A stretch of 64,000 nt of DNA from Opitutales bacterium (lineage in GTDB: Bacteria > Verrucomicrobiota > Verrucomicrobiia > Opitutales > UBA2987): NCBI GenBank assembly GCA_965226885.1, contig CBDDEL010000011.1:192001-256000 (forward strand). The letters are read 5' to 3'. The translations under genes were made by a program, and so were the position numbers. The notes under the pieces are model-generated. The model saw only the letters and a program-made list of their open reading frames with translations, did no database searches and was not told the DNA's origin. Of the stretch, positions 20,061 through 31,205 are shown one piece after another. The stretch's first letter is position 1; every line of letters starts with the position of its first letter.

Positions 20061-21754
20061 ACAGGACTTCCGGGCGGGATTACGCGCAAGAAGCCGGAGT
20101 TCACCAACGATTACCGGGGTCGGCGGGTGGAAAAAAAGGTACCCGACTGGAACGTGACCTCCTTTAGCCTTGTGAGTCACAACCGGTTCGTTTACGATGT
20201 GACGTGTACTGGATTTGTTGGACACGGGATTCTCTTATATTCATTGTTTATTGATTAGTGTGTCAGGCGGCTTGTTTTGGTAAAGGGTTTTGTTTTCTCG
20301 TTGCCCCCCATGGGGGGCAAATATTTTCCTCGAATTGGACTGGGCTTTGGTAACTCAGAGAGGAATGTTTGCGATATCGGTTGTAGAAGATTTCCACGTA
20401 TTCGAAGACAGTTGATCGCAGTTCGCGCTCGTCGGCAAAGTGGCGGCCTCGAATCGTGCTGGTCTTGAAGCGGCCGTAGAACGATTCCATGGCCGCGTTG
20501 TCGTAGCAGTTGCCTTGGGCGCTCATGCTCGGCTTCATGCCTAGTTCAGAGACCAGCCTCTGATAGTCGTCGCTGGCGTAGGGGCTGCCCCGATCGCTGT
20601 GATGAATAATCCCGGTGCGCAGTGTGCCGCGGGTCATGGCCGCGGCTTTGAGGGCCTTGCCAACCAGCTTCGCGTCGTTGTGGTTGGAAACGCTCCAGCC
20701 CAGCAGGCGTCGGCTGAACAGGTCCATCACCGTGGCCAAGTACATCCAACCGGCCAGGGTCCGTAGGTAGGTCGTGTCCGCCACCCAGACCTCGTCGATA
20801 TGGGTCGGCTGGCCATGCTTTTTAAGCACATTGGGGCTGTAACCATAGGGATGGTTACTGTTGGTTTTTAATGGCTTAAAGCGTTTACTCTGGGTGCTTT
20901 TGATTCCCATTTCACGCATCAGACGCAGAGCCCGGTCACGGCCGCAATCGATGCCCTCATCATCCTTCAGATGGCGGTGCATTGGCCGATGCCCATAGCG
21001 GCCCTTGGCCTCTTTGTGTACCTTCAGGATCGCCCCCTTGATTCCCTCGTCCTCGATCCGCCGGGCCGAGGGCGCTCGGTGCCTCCAGCAGTAATAGCCA
21101 CTGCGACAAATCCCCATCGCCGAGCATATTTCCTCGATCTTGAAGCGCCCCTCGTTGTCTTTGACAAACTGGTACTTCATTGTTCGTCCTTGGCAAAGTA
21201 GCCCACCGTTTTTTTTAGTATCTGGTTGATCCGCTCCGAGCGGCGCAGCTCTTTGCGAAGACGATCTATCTCGGCCGCCATCTCCTTCGGACTGCTCTGT
21301 CGCTTTGAGGTGGCTTCGCCCTGCTGATCGTCCAGATAGAGCCTCTTCCACCTATACAATTGGTTGGTGTTGACCCCAAGTTTGGTCGATACCTCGGTGG
21401 CGCTCAGACCATCGAGTATCATCAGTTGAACTGCCTCATTTTTGAACTCTATACTGCGTCTTCTTCCCATGCTTCGATTCTCCATTTAGGAGAATCTCGT
21501 GTCCACTTTTTCCAGTGCACATCAATGGCTTCAATCTTATTACGGAATTAAATGTGAACGTAAACACAGACACAGTGTCATTGAAACGCAGTTTTATTTG
21601 GGGTCTGGAAGGAACTGTATACAAAATAATGATCATGCAGAGATTGATTTCATCACAGACGATATCCGAAATTCTAAAATTTGAAAGATTACCCCCTGTA
21701 AAAGCAACTGACTTAATAAAGGGGCCTCCTGATATTAAAATTGACAACGATTAA
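20061..21754 (+). pseudogene. Degenerate Rhs/YD-repeat protein remnant, split by IS3
   Basis: Joining across the IS3 (ATG duplication) gives ...RKKPEFTNDYRGRRVEKKVPDWNVTSFSLVSHNRFVYDG|FNLITELNVNVNTDTVSLKRSFIWGLEG..., the Y-D-x-x-G-R-R / RFVYDGxNLIxEL / xSxxWG pattern just before an Rhs core. Confidence 0.75.
20200..21524 (-). mobile_element. IS3-family element type A, copy 1 (orfA 21177-21470, orfB 20263-21180)
   Basis: TG...CA ends, ~27-bp imperfect IRs, 3-bp duplication ATG, HTH orfA, rve orfB (WVADTTY, HSDRGS, DNAAMES), A8 slippery site with orfB in the -1 frame. Confidence 0.96.
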
Positions 21755-21831
21755 TTTTAGTTAGGTTTTATGTAAATATTCAATTAAATTTTTGAGATGA
21801 AAACTCAAGCCTTTTTCATATCTACTATCTA

Positions 21832-23665
21832 GAGGCTGTCCCAAAAGGGTGATTTTTGCGAGGGCTTTTGATAGGCGCTCATTTTAGAGGTATTTGCATT
21901 TGGGAGAGTATCAACTTTGCTCTCCTATGACGTTAGGATACTGGTTTTGGGGTCCGGTTGCCGGGTTTTCTTTGTATGAGCCGACAGTACGGCTGTGAAA
22001 AAGTATTGTCCTTGCTTTTCCGCTCTCTAGGCCGCCCCGCTCTCTAGGCCGCCGCTTTGGTTTTTAGTTCGTCTTGCTGGGCCAGCATCTTGGCTACTTT
22101 CCATAGGTTGTGCGAGAGTACCGACCAGGCTACGCTGATCGAGCGGTTGGCAAAGCCTTTGCTGCGCAACCGCCCGGCCTGCCAGCGATTCTTCAATACC
22201 CCGATCCGCCCTTCGGTGCTGGCCCGGCGCTTTTGCAATTGTCTGAACAGTGGTTCCTCCATCCGTTTTTTCAACTGCTTCGGATCGCGTGGACAGAGCG
22301 CGTCGTAGATTCCCTCCTGGGCTAACTGCCGGCGGGCCCGCTGGGAGGCAAATCCCCGGTCCGCGCACATGGCCGCTATGGGTTCTTCCAGGTTGAAGCG
22401 GTTCTGTCTTTGCAAACTCTCTTGCATTTGTTCATTTTCGCTTGGAGTTCGGCTGCCGTAGAGTTTCCAGTCCAGCAGGTACCCTTCAACGCTTTCTCCC
22501 AAAAACAGGGTGTTGCCGAACTCGACCTCTTGGCCCGCTTTACCTCGCACAATCACCTGCCCATCGAGTTCGTAAACACTCAAGACTTTCTCTGCGTTTT
22601 TCACCTGGCGGCCGCCAATGATCCGCTCGTGCGCCTGTTTGATGACCACCGGGATTTGCTCGCTCATGCGCTCCATCCGGGCGAGGATCTGTTGGACCTG
22701 TTTTTCGCTGTAATCGCTTTGCTCCCAGCAGGCTTGCAATAATTCCCGGTGACTGCGGGCATGCTCCCCGATCCGTTTGAGCAGCTTTTTCATCTGCCTC
22801 AAGATACCCTTGCGCTGCCGCGCGCTGTCCTTTCGCCGCCGGCTGTGGGTCATCTGTATGCACAGCCGATTCATCTGCCGAGCCAAGGGCTCCGGTTCGA
22901 TCGGCATGCGATGCCGCAAACCGGCCTTCTCGCGGATCAGCCGGATCGCTTTGAGCAACGTGCCGGCTACATCCTTGAGTAATACCCAGTCCGTCGGCCA
23001 ATGAATGTTAGCCTCCAAACAGGTGCCGTCGATCAGGCAAATGGTGGTGTCAATCGGCTTGTCCAATCCCACCTGCCGGGCCAGAAGGGCATCGCCCACC
23101 ACCTCAGTCAAGGTCCGGTGCAAGGCCCTCAACTGCTCTTCGCTGAAAAACTTCGAGGCCCCCTCCAGGGTGCTTTTGGAGATGCCCCTGATGCCATCGA
23201 TCTGCCGGACACGGCAAAAGTCGGCCAACAGATCGCTGCTGCCCAGAGCCCGCGACAAATGCCGAAACGAAATCCCTCCGAGCAGACGGCCCAGCGTATC
23301 CATGCGCAGTGCCTTGATGGCAAAACTGGCCCGCTGCCGCCGGGCCTTTAGACCCATTGGCGGCCACCCCTCCAAGGCCAGCTCAATGGCCTGCGATTCC
23401 ACCTCCGAGTCGATCAGCAGCCGATCGATTCGATCAATGGTGGCGCGGAAGTTATCGTAATCGAGGCACCGGTCGACCACAGTTAAAGCTGGACGCAGGA
23501 GGCATTGGATGGCTATATTTTTCATAGAAAGGGCTATATTGATTTTCGCTAACTCAATTATAGAACCCTTTTTTGGCCGGATCGAGCAAAAACTTGCTCT
23601 TTCCGGCTCTTTTTATCAACGTCATCCAGTTGACTATAAAATCTTTATATTTTTGGGACAGCCTC
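21832..23665 (-). mobile_element. ISNCY/IS5-like element, copy 1
   Basis: 15-bp IR GAGGCTGTCCCAAAA; 6-bp duplication TATCTA (21826-21831, 23666-23671). Confidence 0.93.
22044..23525 (-). CDS. ISNCY/IS5-like DDE transposase (493 aa)
   Basis: IDGTCLEANIHWPTD, RGKAGQEVEFG, CADRGF, RASTEGRIG motifs. Confidence 0.88.
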   Translation of the reverse strand: MKNIAIQCLLRPALTVVDRCLDYDNFRATIDRIDRLLIDSEVESQAIELALEGWPPMGLKARRQRASFAIKALRMDTLGRLLGGISFRHLSRALGSSDLLADFCRVRQIDGIRGISKSTLEGASKFFSEEQLRALHRTLTEVVGDALLARQVGLDKPIDTTICLIDGTCLEANIHWPTDWVLLKDVAGTLLKAIRLIREKAGLRHRMPIEPEPLARQMNRLCIQMTHSRRRKDSARQRKGILRQMKKLLKRIGEHARSHRELLQACWEQSDYSEKQVQQILARMERMSEQIPVVIKQAHERIIGGRQVKNAEKVLSVYELDGQVIVRGKAGQEVEFGNTLFLGESVEGYLLDWKLYGSRTPSENEQMQESLQRQNRFNLEEPIAAMCADRGFASQRARRQLAQEGIYDALCPRDPKQLKKRMEEPLFRQLQKRRASTEGRIGVLKNRWQAGRLRSKGFANRSISVAWSVLSHNLWKVAKMLAQQDELKTKAAA

Positions 23666-24131
23666 TATCTATGCATGCTTCATATTAAGCTGTAATGCAA
23701 ACGGTACTGATTTTTCAACATCTGATGGGTTAAAAATTTCCTGCTATTATTCCATTGCAAGGGGAACTAACTATAGTGAATTAGACAGATTTTTATTTGG
23801 AGAATACGGTTATAATGAATATCTTTTTAAAGCATATCTTGAAAATATCAGTGAAAAGCCTATTACCGTTCTCACGCCCTATTACCGTTCTCACGCGTAT
23901 GTACAAATCAGATCCTTTAGCAGATCGTATGATTTTAGATTATTTTTGGTTTATCCCAGAAACTGATGATGGGCGTAAAATTAAGCCACCATTATCATTG
24001 TTGGGACCTGTTACTTTAAGGAGCGGTGAGTTAACAGGGCTTAAGACTACTACAATAAAAGTTAGATCCGATATGAAATTATCTGAAAATTTTGTTGTTA
24101 TTTATAAAGTCCCAGAAATTTACAAGGAGTA

Positions 24132-25524
24132 TGACGTGTACTGGATTTGTTGGACACGGGATTCTCTTATATTCATTGTTTATTGATTAGTGTGTCAGGT
24201 GACGTGTACTGGATTTGTTGGACACGGGATTCTCTTATATTCATTGTTTATTGATTAGTGTGTCAGGCGGCTTGTTTTGGTAAAGGGTTTTGTTTTCTCG
24301 TTGCCCCCCATGGGGGGCAAATATTTTCCTCGAATTGGACTGGGCTTTGGTAACTCAGAGAGGAATGTTTGCGATATCGGTTGTAGAAGATTTCCACGTA
24401 TTCGAAGACAGTTGATCGCAGTTCGCGCTCGTCGGCAAAGTGGCGGCCTCGAATCGTGCTGGTCTTGAAGCGGCCGTAGAACGATTCCATGGCCGCGTTG
24501 TCGTAGCAGTTGCCTTGGGCGCTCATGCTCGGCTTCATGCCTAGTTCAGAGACCAGCCTCTGATAGTCGTCGCTGGCGTAGGGGCTGCCCCGATCGCTGT
24601 GATGAATAATCCCGGTGCGCAGTGTGCCGCGGGTCATGGCCGCGGCTTTGAGGGCCTTGCCAACCAGCTTCGCGTCGTTGTGGTTGGAAACGCTCCAGCC
24701 CAGCAGGCGTCGGCTGAACAGGTCCATCACCGTGGCCAAGTACATCCAACCGGCCAGGGTCCGTAGGTAGGTCGTGTCCGCCACCCAGACCTCGTCGATA
24801 TGGGTCGGCTGGCCATGCTTTTTAAGCACATTGGGGCTGTAACCATAGGGATGGTTACTGTTGGTTTTTAATGGCTTAAAGCGTTTACTCTGGGTGCTTT
24901 TGATTCCCATTTCACGCATCAGACGCAGAGCCCGGTCACGGCCGCAATCGATGCCCTCATCATCCTTCAGATGGCGGTGCATTGGCCGATGCCCATAGCG
25001 GCCCTTGGCCTCTTTGTGTACCTTCAGGATCGCCCCCTTGATTCCCTCGTCCTCGATCCGCCGGGCCGAGGGCGCTCGGTGCCTCCAGCAGTAATAGCCA
25101 CTGCGACAAATCCCCATCGCCGAGCATATTTCCTCGATCTTGAAGCGCCCCTCGTTGTCTTTGACAAACTGGTACTTCATTGTTCGTCCTTGGCAAAGTA
25201 GCCCACCGTTTTTTTTAGTATCTGGTTGATCCGCTCCGAGCGGCGCAGCTCTTTGCGAAGACGATCTATCTCGGCCGCCATCTCCTTCGGACTGCTCTGT
25301 CGCTTTGAGGTGGCTTCGCCCTGCTGATCGTCCAGATAGAGCCTCTTCCACCTATACAATTGGTTGGTGTTGACCCCAAGTTTGGTCGATACCTCGGTGG
25401 CGCTCAGACCATCGAGTATCATCAGTTGAACTGCCTCATTTTTGAACTCTATACTGCGTCTTCTTCCCATGCTTCGATTCTCCATTTAGGAGAATCTCGT
25501 GTCCACTTTTTCCAGTGCACATCA
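24132..25524 (-). mobile_element. IS3-family element type A, copy 2, with the terminal 68 bp duplicated
   Basis: 24200-25524 appears identical to 20200-21524; extra copy of the first 68 bp at 24132-24199; outer 3-bp duplication GTA (24129-24131, 25525-25527). Confidence 0.96.
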
Positions 25525-26032
25525 GTATTATAATATCTGGACCGGAAGAATTACTTTAAAACCTATAAAAAATAAAAAGATGGCACACGGTAGCAAAGGG
25601 GATGCCAAATGACGGCAAATCTTGAAGCCAGCTTCTCGGAGTGGTTGCTCCTTGTGCACCTTCCCCTACTATCCAAACACGCCTACCGAGAAGCGCCGTG
25701 ACGACAGCTCAACGAGCAAAGTAAGAATAATACAAAAGGTCCCACCGCCTCCATGTGATGTCCAATATTTATCAACCACGGATTGCACGGATTTTTGCGG
25801 CTACTGGAGATTGGATGGAGGATGAGGGATGGCGCTTCGCTCGGTACAGGTGTCGGGTGTCAGTGAATATGATGGCTGCGTTTGTGGGCGCAATTTGCGG
25901 GTTTATGGTATTTTTTTGGGGTTTTTATCGGTGATTGGTGGATTTTTATCTGTTGGGAGGGTGTTTTTTTGATGAAAAATACCCTGAAAATCGATGTTTA
26001 ATCAAACGCATCAAACGTAGCCAACCTATGGA

Positions 26033-26061
26033 TTGACGTTTTTTACGATTTGCTGTATAAT
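26033..26061 (+). promoter_or_regulatory. Sigma-70-type promoter upstream of fabD-lepA-lepB
   Basis: TTGACG-17 nt-TATAAT, about 130 nt upstream of fabD. Confidence 0.7.
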
Positions 26062-26190
26062 GTCGCTCTATGTTGCAAAAGACTTCAGTGGAACCGACTT
26101 CAGTGGAACCGTTTTTTGGCTGTTGCCGTTTGAGTGAGGTTTGGGTTGATCTTTGATTGAGGGTTTTCTTACTGGGTGGTTTTTATTTTT

Positions 26191-27126
26191 ATGAACAAAA
26201 CTAAATCTATGGCTATTGCTTTGCTTTTTTCGGGGCAGGGCGCGCAAAAAGTCGGCATGGGCCGCAGTTTGCACGACAGCTCTCCACTGGCGCGCGATCT
26301 TTATGGGCGGGCCGATGATATCCTGGGCTGGAGCCTGAGCGAGGCTTCTTTCCGGGGTCCCGAGGATTTGCTGACTGAAACGCGCGTCTGCCAGCCAGCT
26401 TTGTTTGTCATGGGGTATGCACTTTATGCCATTCTGAAAGATGCAGGCAGGCTCGATGGCGGTGGTTTGAGGGTCGCGCTGGGGCTCAGTCTGGGCGAAT
26501 TGACGGCCCTGGCGGCGGCGGAAGCATTCGATCTCGAGACCGGTTTGCGGCTGGTAGCGGAGAGGGGGCGGCTCATGCAGCTAGCTTGTGAAGCAACCAA
26601 GGGAGGCATGGCCAGCCTGATCGGGGGGACGGTCGAGGATGCGAAAAACCTTTGCGCCGAGTTCGATATCGATCTGGCCAACCTCAATTGTCCGGGCCAA
26701 ACCGTGGTATCGGGTGCAACGGACCGGATCGAAGCGGCAGTGGCAGTGGCCAAAGAGGGGGGGTTGTTTCGGATGGTTGTCCCTCTCAAGGTGGCGGGCG
26801 CTTATCACAGCCGCTTGATGGAACCGGCGCGGGAGGACTTTGCCCGTTTCCTGGCCAAATGCGATGTTAGAAAGCCCTCCATACCGGTCTATTCCAACAC
26901 CGAGGCCAAAGTCATGGAAGATCCGCCAGCCATCCGGTCGGCTTTGACCCGGCAAATAGTGTCGCCCGTTCGATGGGAAGAGTGCATGCGCAATGCGGCC
27001 GCCCCCGGTATCGATGCCTTTTATGAATGCGGACCTGGAAAAGTGCTCGCCGGTTTGGCCCGCAGAACCGATAGATCCTGGAATGTGATAAGCCTGGCCG
27101 AGTATGGCGATTTGATGAATGAGTGA
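26191..27126 (+). CDS. fabD: Malonyl CoA-ACP transacylase (alternative start 26209)
   Basis: LFSGQGAQ, QPALF, GLSLGE, NLNCPGQ, VAGAYHS, SPVRW, ECGPGKVL. Confidence 0.95.
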   Translation: MNKTKSMAIALLFSGQGAQKVGMGRSLHDSSPLARDLYGRADDILGWSLSEASFRGPEDLLTETRVCQPALFVMGYALYAILKDAGRLDGGGLRVALGLSLGELTALAAAEAFDLETGLRLVAERGRLMQLACEATKGGMASLIGGTVEDAKNLCAEFDIDLANLNCPGQTVVSGATDRIEAAVAVAKEGGLFRMVVPLKVAGAYHSRLMEPAREDFARFLAKCDVRKPSIPVYSNTEAKVMEDPPAIRSALTRQIVSPVRWEECMRNAAAPGIDAFYECGPGKVLAGLARRTDRSWNVISLAEYGDLMNE

Positions 27127-27228
27127 TGGCGGATGCTTGATACTTGATGTATCCTATCCCCTTGGGCATTTTTTAAAGATTGCAATCAGCCGCTTCCGGC
27201 ACTTTCTCCCATAGTCTCCATTTTATTT

Positions 27229-29028
27229 ATGTCTTCGGTATCCCATATCAGGAATTTTTGTATCATTGCCCATATCGATCATGGCAAGACGACTTTGTCC
27301 GACCGGCTTCTGGAGATTACCAATACGGTCGAAAAAAGGGTTATGAAGGAACAATTGCTGGACTCCATGGACCTGGAGCGGGAGCGAGGCATCACCATCA
27401 AGAGCCACCCGGTTACGATACACTATCGCGATTCCACCGGGCAGGATTATACCCTGAACCTGATCGATACGCCGGGGCATGTGGATTTTTCCTATGAAGT
27501 TTCGCGAAGCCTGGCTGCCTGTGAAGGGGCCCTCCTTCTGGTGGATGCGGCCCAGGGAATCGAAGCGCAAACGGTGGCCAATGCCCATCTGGCCATAGAA
27601 CAGGGCCTGGCGATTATTCCCGTCATCAATAAAATCGACTTGCCGGGGGCTGACATCCCCGCGGTGCAGCACCAGTTGGAAGAAATTCTGGCCATCCCGG
27701 CAGATGAAACCTTGCAGGCCAGCGCCAAAAGCGGTCAGGGCATCGAAGAGATTCTGGAGAGAGTGGTAGAACTTGTGCCCGAGCCCCGATGGGCCGATCT
27801 AAAAGAGACCCGCGGGCTTATTTTCGATTGTATATTCGATACCTTCAAGGGGGTCATTTGCTATGTGCGCGTTTTCTCGGGCTCATTGAAACGGGCCGAT
27901 CATGTGCTCTTGATGAGCGAAGGGGTGCGGGCGGAGATTAAGGAGGTCGGCTTGTTTACCCCCAAAATGAAGCCGGCCGAATCACTGCAAAGCGGCAGTG
28001 TGGGTTATATAGTGACAAACCTGAAAGAAGTTTCCGATGTCAAACTAGGCGACACCGTAACGCTGGCCCAGGAACCGGCCACGGAGATGCTTCCTGGCTA
28101 CCATGAAGTGCGCCCCATGGTTTTTAGCGGAATCTATCCCCTGGACACCACCTCTTATGAAAAGCTCAAATCCAGCGTGGGTAAATTGCGGCTCAACGAT
28201 GCCGCCTTCGTTTATCAGCCGGAAACGTCCACTGCTCTCGGTTTCGGCTTTCGCTGCGGATTCCTCGGACTGCTGCATATGGAGATTATCATAGAGCGAA
28301 TCCGGCGTGAGTACGACCTGGACATCATCTCCACCTACCCCAGCGTGGTTTACCGGATAATCCTGACCGATGGGCGGCATATCGAAATTGACAATCCCGC
28401 CCACCTGCCGGAAATCACCGAAATCGAGTACATCGAAGAACCTTTTATCAGCGCCAATCTGCATATACCGACCACCAGCGTGGGCGATATTCTCGGGCTC
28501 ATCCTGGATCGGCGGGGCACCTGCGAACATACCGAGAGTGTGGACGAAAGCCGCCTCATATTGCGGTGCCTGCTGCCCTTGAACGAAATCCTGGTGGATT
28601 TTAACGACCGCCTGAAAAGCATTACGCGCGGCTACGGCTCCATGGATTACGATCTCGCAGATTACCGTAAGGCGGACATGGTGCGGCTGGATATTCTAGT
28701 CAACGGGGAGCTGGTCGATGCCTTCTCTTCTATAGTCCACCGCAAAAAGGCGGATGGAAAAGGGCGCGTCCTCTGCAAAAAACTTAAAGAAATTCTACCA
28801 CGGCAACTTTATAAAGTAGCCATCCAGGCGGCGGTGGGAGGAAACGTCGTGGCCAGAGAAACATTGGGCGCTCTGCGCAAGGATGTGACCGCCAAATGCT
28901 ACGGCGGCGATATAACACGCAAAAAGAAATTGCTGGAAAGACAGAAAGAAGGTAAAAAACGGATGAAACAAATCGGGAAAATCAGCATACCGCAGGAAGC
29001 TTTTATCAATATTCTCAAATCGACCTGA
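27229..29028 (+). CDS. lepA: Elongation factor 4 (LepA)
   Basis: IAHIDHGKTTL, RGITIK, DTPGH, NKID, GFRCGFLGLLH, RKDVTAKCYGGD. Confidence 0.98.
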   Translation: MSSVSHIRNFCIIAHIDHGKTTLSDRLLEITNTVEKRVMKEQLLDSMDLERERGITIKSHPVTIHYRDSTGQDYTLNLIDTPGHVDFSYEVSRSLAACEGALLLVDAAQGIEAQTVANAHLAIEQGLAIIPVINKIDLPGADIPAVQHQLEEILAIPADETLQASAKSGQGIEEILERVVELVPEPRWADLKETRGLIFDCIFDTFKGVICYVRVFSGSLKRADHVLLMSEGVRAEIKEVGLFTPKMKPAESLQSGSVGYIVTNLKEVSDVKLGDTVTLAQEPATEMLPGYHEVRPMVFSGIYPLDTTSYEKLKSSVGKLRLNDAAFVYQPETSTALGFGFRCGFLGLLHMEIIIERIRREYDLDIISTYPSVVYRIILTDGRHIEIDNPAHLPEITEIEYIEEPFISANLHIPTTSVGDILGLILDRRGTCEHTESVDESRLILRCLLPLNEILVDFNDRLKSITRGYGSMDYDLADYRKADMVRLDILVNGELVDAFSSIVHRKKADGKGRVLCKKLKEILPRQLYKVAIQAAVGGNVVARETLGALRKDVTAKCYGGDITRKKKLLERQKEGKKRMKQIGKISIPQEAFINILKST

Positions 29029-29084
29029 TTTTTTGTGGAACCGGACCCGTGGGAATGATTGTCTAACTGCAAATCCGATCAATA

Positions 29085-30350
29085 ATGCCTTTTCTGAAAA
29101 AATCCAAATCATCGCAAAAAAAGCTTCGCAAAGAGGCCGGCCATTGGCTTCGGCTGGGGCACAAGGTGCAAGCTTATCGCTGTGACGTCATGGCGGCTGG
29201 CGATTTGGAAAAATTGCGCCGGGCTATGGCCGAACTCGAGGAGGCGTTGAAGGCGGAAGAAATGGAGGAAGCGGTGGCCGGTTCGATCACCCGACTGAAA
29301 AAGATATTAAGCAAATGCGGCGGCTGTTATTACCCTCACAGCCATTGGGTTGAAAACGTGGAAATGTTTCTGGTGGCGGCGATCCTGGCCATAGGCATCC
29401 GCACCTACTTCATCCAGCCATTCAAAATTCCGACCAATTCCATGTATCCCACCTACAATGGATTGACCTATAAACTTTATGACGTTGAAAACTCCGAGCC
29501 CGAAGAACCTCCGGGGATTGCGAATCGAATTTTCAGAAAACTGGTTCTGGGCGCTTCCTACAAAGAGATCGTTGCTCCCGTGGATGGCGAATTGCGCATC
29601 GCTCTGCCCTCCTTTCGTTCCAGCAGGGAAGCCATGGGGCACAACAGCAATTTTTCCTATCAGATGGTTGGCGGGCGCAAATGGCTTCTCTTCCCCACCA
29701 CGCTGAAGGAATTCAAATTTTATATCGGCAATCAACCCGTAACCGTTCGTGTACCGCCCGATTTCGTATTCGACCGGGTAGTGCAGGAACTATTTGCCAA
29801 GACTTTCAACAATCCCGTGACGGATCCGAATTTGGGCCGGGTGTTGAACACGGGACTGCATTTCAAAAAAGGTGAATGGGTATTGAGTTTCGAGATTTTA
29901 ACCGGAGACGCTCTCTTTGTGGACCGCATTTCCTACCATTTTTTTCCTCCCAAGATTGGCGACCCCTTTGTTTTCCGTACCGACAATATTGTGGGCATCT
30001 CCCAATCGAACCGTGGAAAATATTATATCAAGCGGCTGGTCGGCCAGGGGGGCGACACCCTGAGCGTTAGAAACTCGGTCCTCTACCGCAACGGTAATCC
30101 CATTGAGGGAGCCGGGGCATTCGAAAAGAATGCCAACCGGGAGGGGGATTACGAGGGGTACTCAAACCGTTGGCGGCTAAACACCGGCCTCGAAGACACG
30201 ATTCCGGAGCATCATTATTACGCCATGGGGGATAATTCCGACCAGAGCTCCGACAGCCGAGCTTGGGGTTATGTGCCGAAGAGGGAAGTAGTGGGCAAAG
30301 CCATCTTCATCTACTACCCATTTACCCGCCGTTTCGGACCTGCCCGATAG
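29085..30350 (+). CDS. lepB: Signal peptidase I
   Basis: QPFKIPTNSMYPT, GDALFV, YIKRLVG, MGDNSDQSSDSRAWG; follows lepA. Confidence 0.94.
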   Translation: MPFLKKSKSSQKKLRKEAGHWLRLGHKVQAYRCDVMAAGDLEKLRRAMAELEEALKAEEMEEAVAGSITRLKKILSKCGGCYYPHSHWVENVEMFLVAAILAIGIRTYFIQPFKIPTNSMYPTYNGLTYKLYDVENSEPEEPPGIANRIFRKLVLGASYKEIVAPVDGELRIALPSFRSSREAMGHNSNFSYQMVGGRKWLLFPTTLKEFKFYIGNQPVTVRVPPDFVFDRVVQELFAKTFNNPVTDPNLGRVLNTGLHFKKGEWVLSFEILTGDALFVDRISYHFFPPKIGDPFVFRTDNIVGISQSNRGKYYIKRLVGQGGDTLSVRNSVLYRNGNPIEGAGAFEKNANREGDYEGYSNRWRLNTGLEDTIPEHHYYAMGDNSDQSSDSRAWGYVPKREVVGKAIFIYYPFTRRFGPAR

Positions 30351-31205
30351 AGCCAGATACGTCTGGGGAAGGTGGCTGGCGGATTGGAGGTTGTTGCGCT
30401 GCCCGGCGCCGCATCCGTCCCTTAAAACATATTGGATTTATTCTGAACGGATAATGGGATGAATGTTTGTTCCGAATCTAAGCGGAAATGAAACTGTCTC
30501 GAAAATGGGACATGGCCTGTACCGCAAGTGGAACAAATAAGATGTCAGAGAAATTTCCAGGAGTCTAATATAAATGCATCTACCTTATTATCAACGAGAT
30601 AAACTGAACCAATATCGAATTGGCACGCTTAATGATTAAAGGACAGGCAAAATGGAAACTATCAACCCTAATGTTTCAAAAAACCGTGGACGACACAATG
30701 AGCGCGGATCATGAAAAAAGAGTTTCTATCCCCCATAAACCATTATCTGAATTTAACTTTTTAATCTGTGGTTGATAGATTGGAGTACCATCCACCCTGG
30801 CCTTGAGTGTCCCGCTTATATTTCAAAACGAAAATTTTCCTGAATCCAAAACTATCTTTTTTCCGTCTATTTATAAAACAAACGATGAATAATGCAGATC
30901 AAGTACAGCTTGGGCCAAAAGTATACAATACAGTTTTAGAAAAAGAGTCTGTAATGGTTACAATTTATGAATTTTGTATCTGTTTTGATAATTAAAAATG
31001 ACGTAATATAAATATCGAATAAAGAAAATTGTGATAACGAAATAACTGGCGGTTCGCCATAACCAAATAAATTTCAACCCCGCGCACTAAATAATCTGGA
31101 CTGATTAATATTATGAACACATTAATACAATCCTCAGCAAAAAGGGAAAGACCAACAATAGAAGTGATGGAAAACTCCTACCCAACCCGAAGAGAAGAAA
31201 AAAAT

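Larger units (their letters stand above)
21797..25612 (+). pseudogene. AT-rich putative lipoprotein gene (candidate Rhs immunity), broken by ISNCY, a 19-bp duplication and IS3
   Basis: Removing the two IS with their duplications and the extra 19-mer yields one 186-aa ORF MKTQAFFISTIYACFILSCNANG...ENISEKPITVLTRMY...EIYKEYYNIWTGRITLKPIK...GDAK*. Confidence 0.75.

Noticed and set aside
23797..24186. 129-aa ORF as an independent gene
   Set aside because: It is a chimera of an off-frame segment, the middle of the broken lipoprotein gene and the IS3 end.
20200..25524. Composite transposon bounded by two identical IS3-A copies
   Set aside because: Each copy has its own target duplication (ATG vs GTA), so they are independent insertions. 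The exact 4000-bp offset is treated as coincidence.
30621..30636. Sigma-54 promoter TGGCACGCTTAATGAT
   Set aside because: Good -24 box, but -12 reads GA rather than GC and no convincing ORF follows; unsupported, not excluded.
30351..31166. Hidden gene or ncRNA in the AT-rich spacer after lepB
   Set aside because: Only short ORFs without motifs; no structure I can support.
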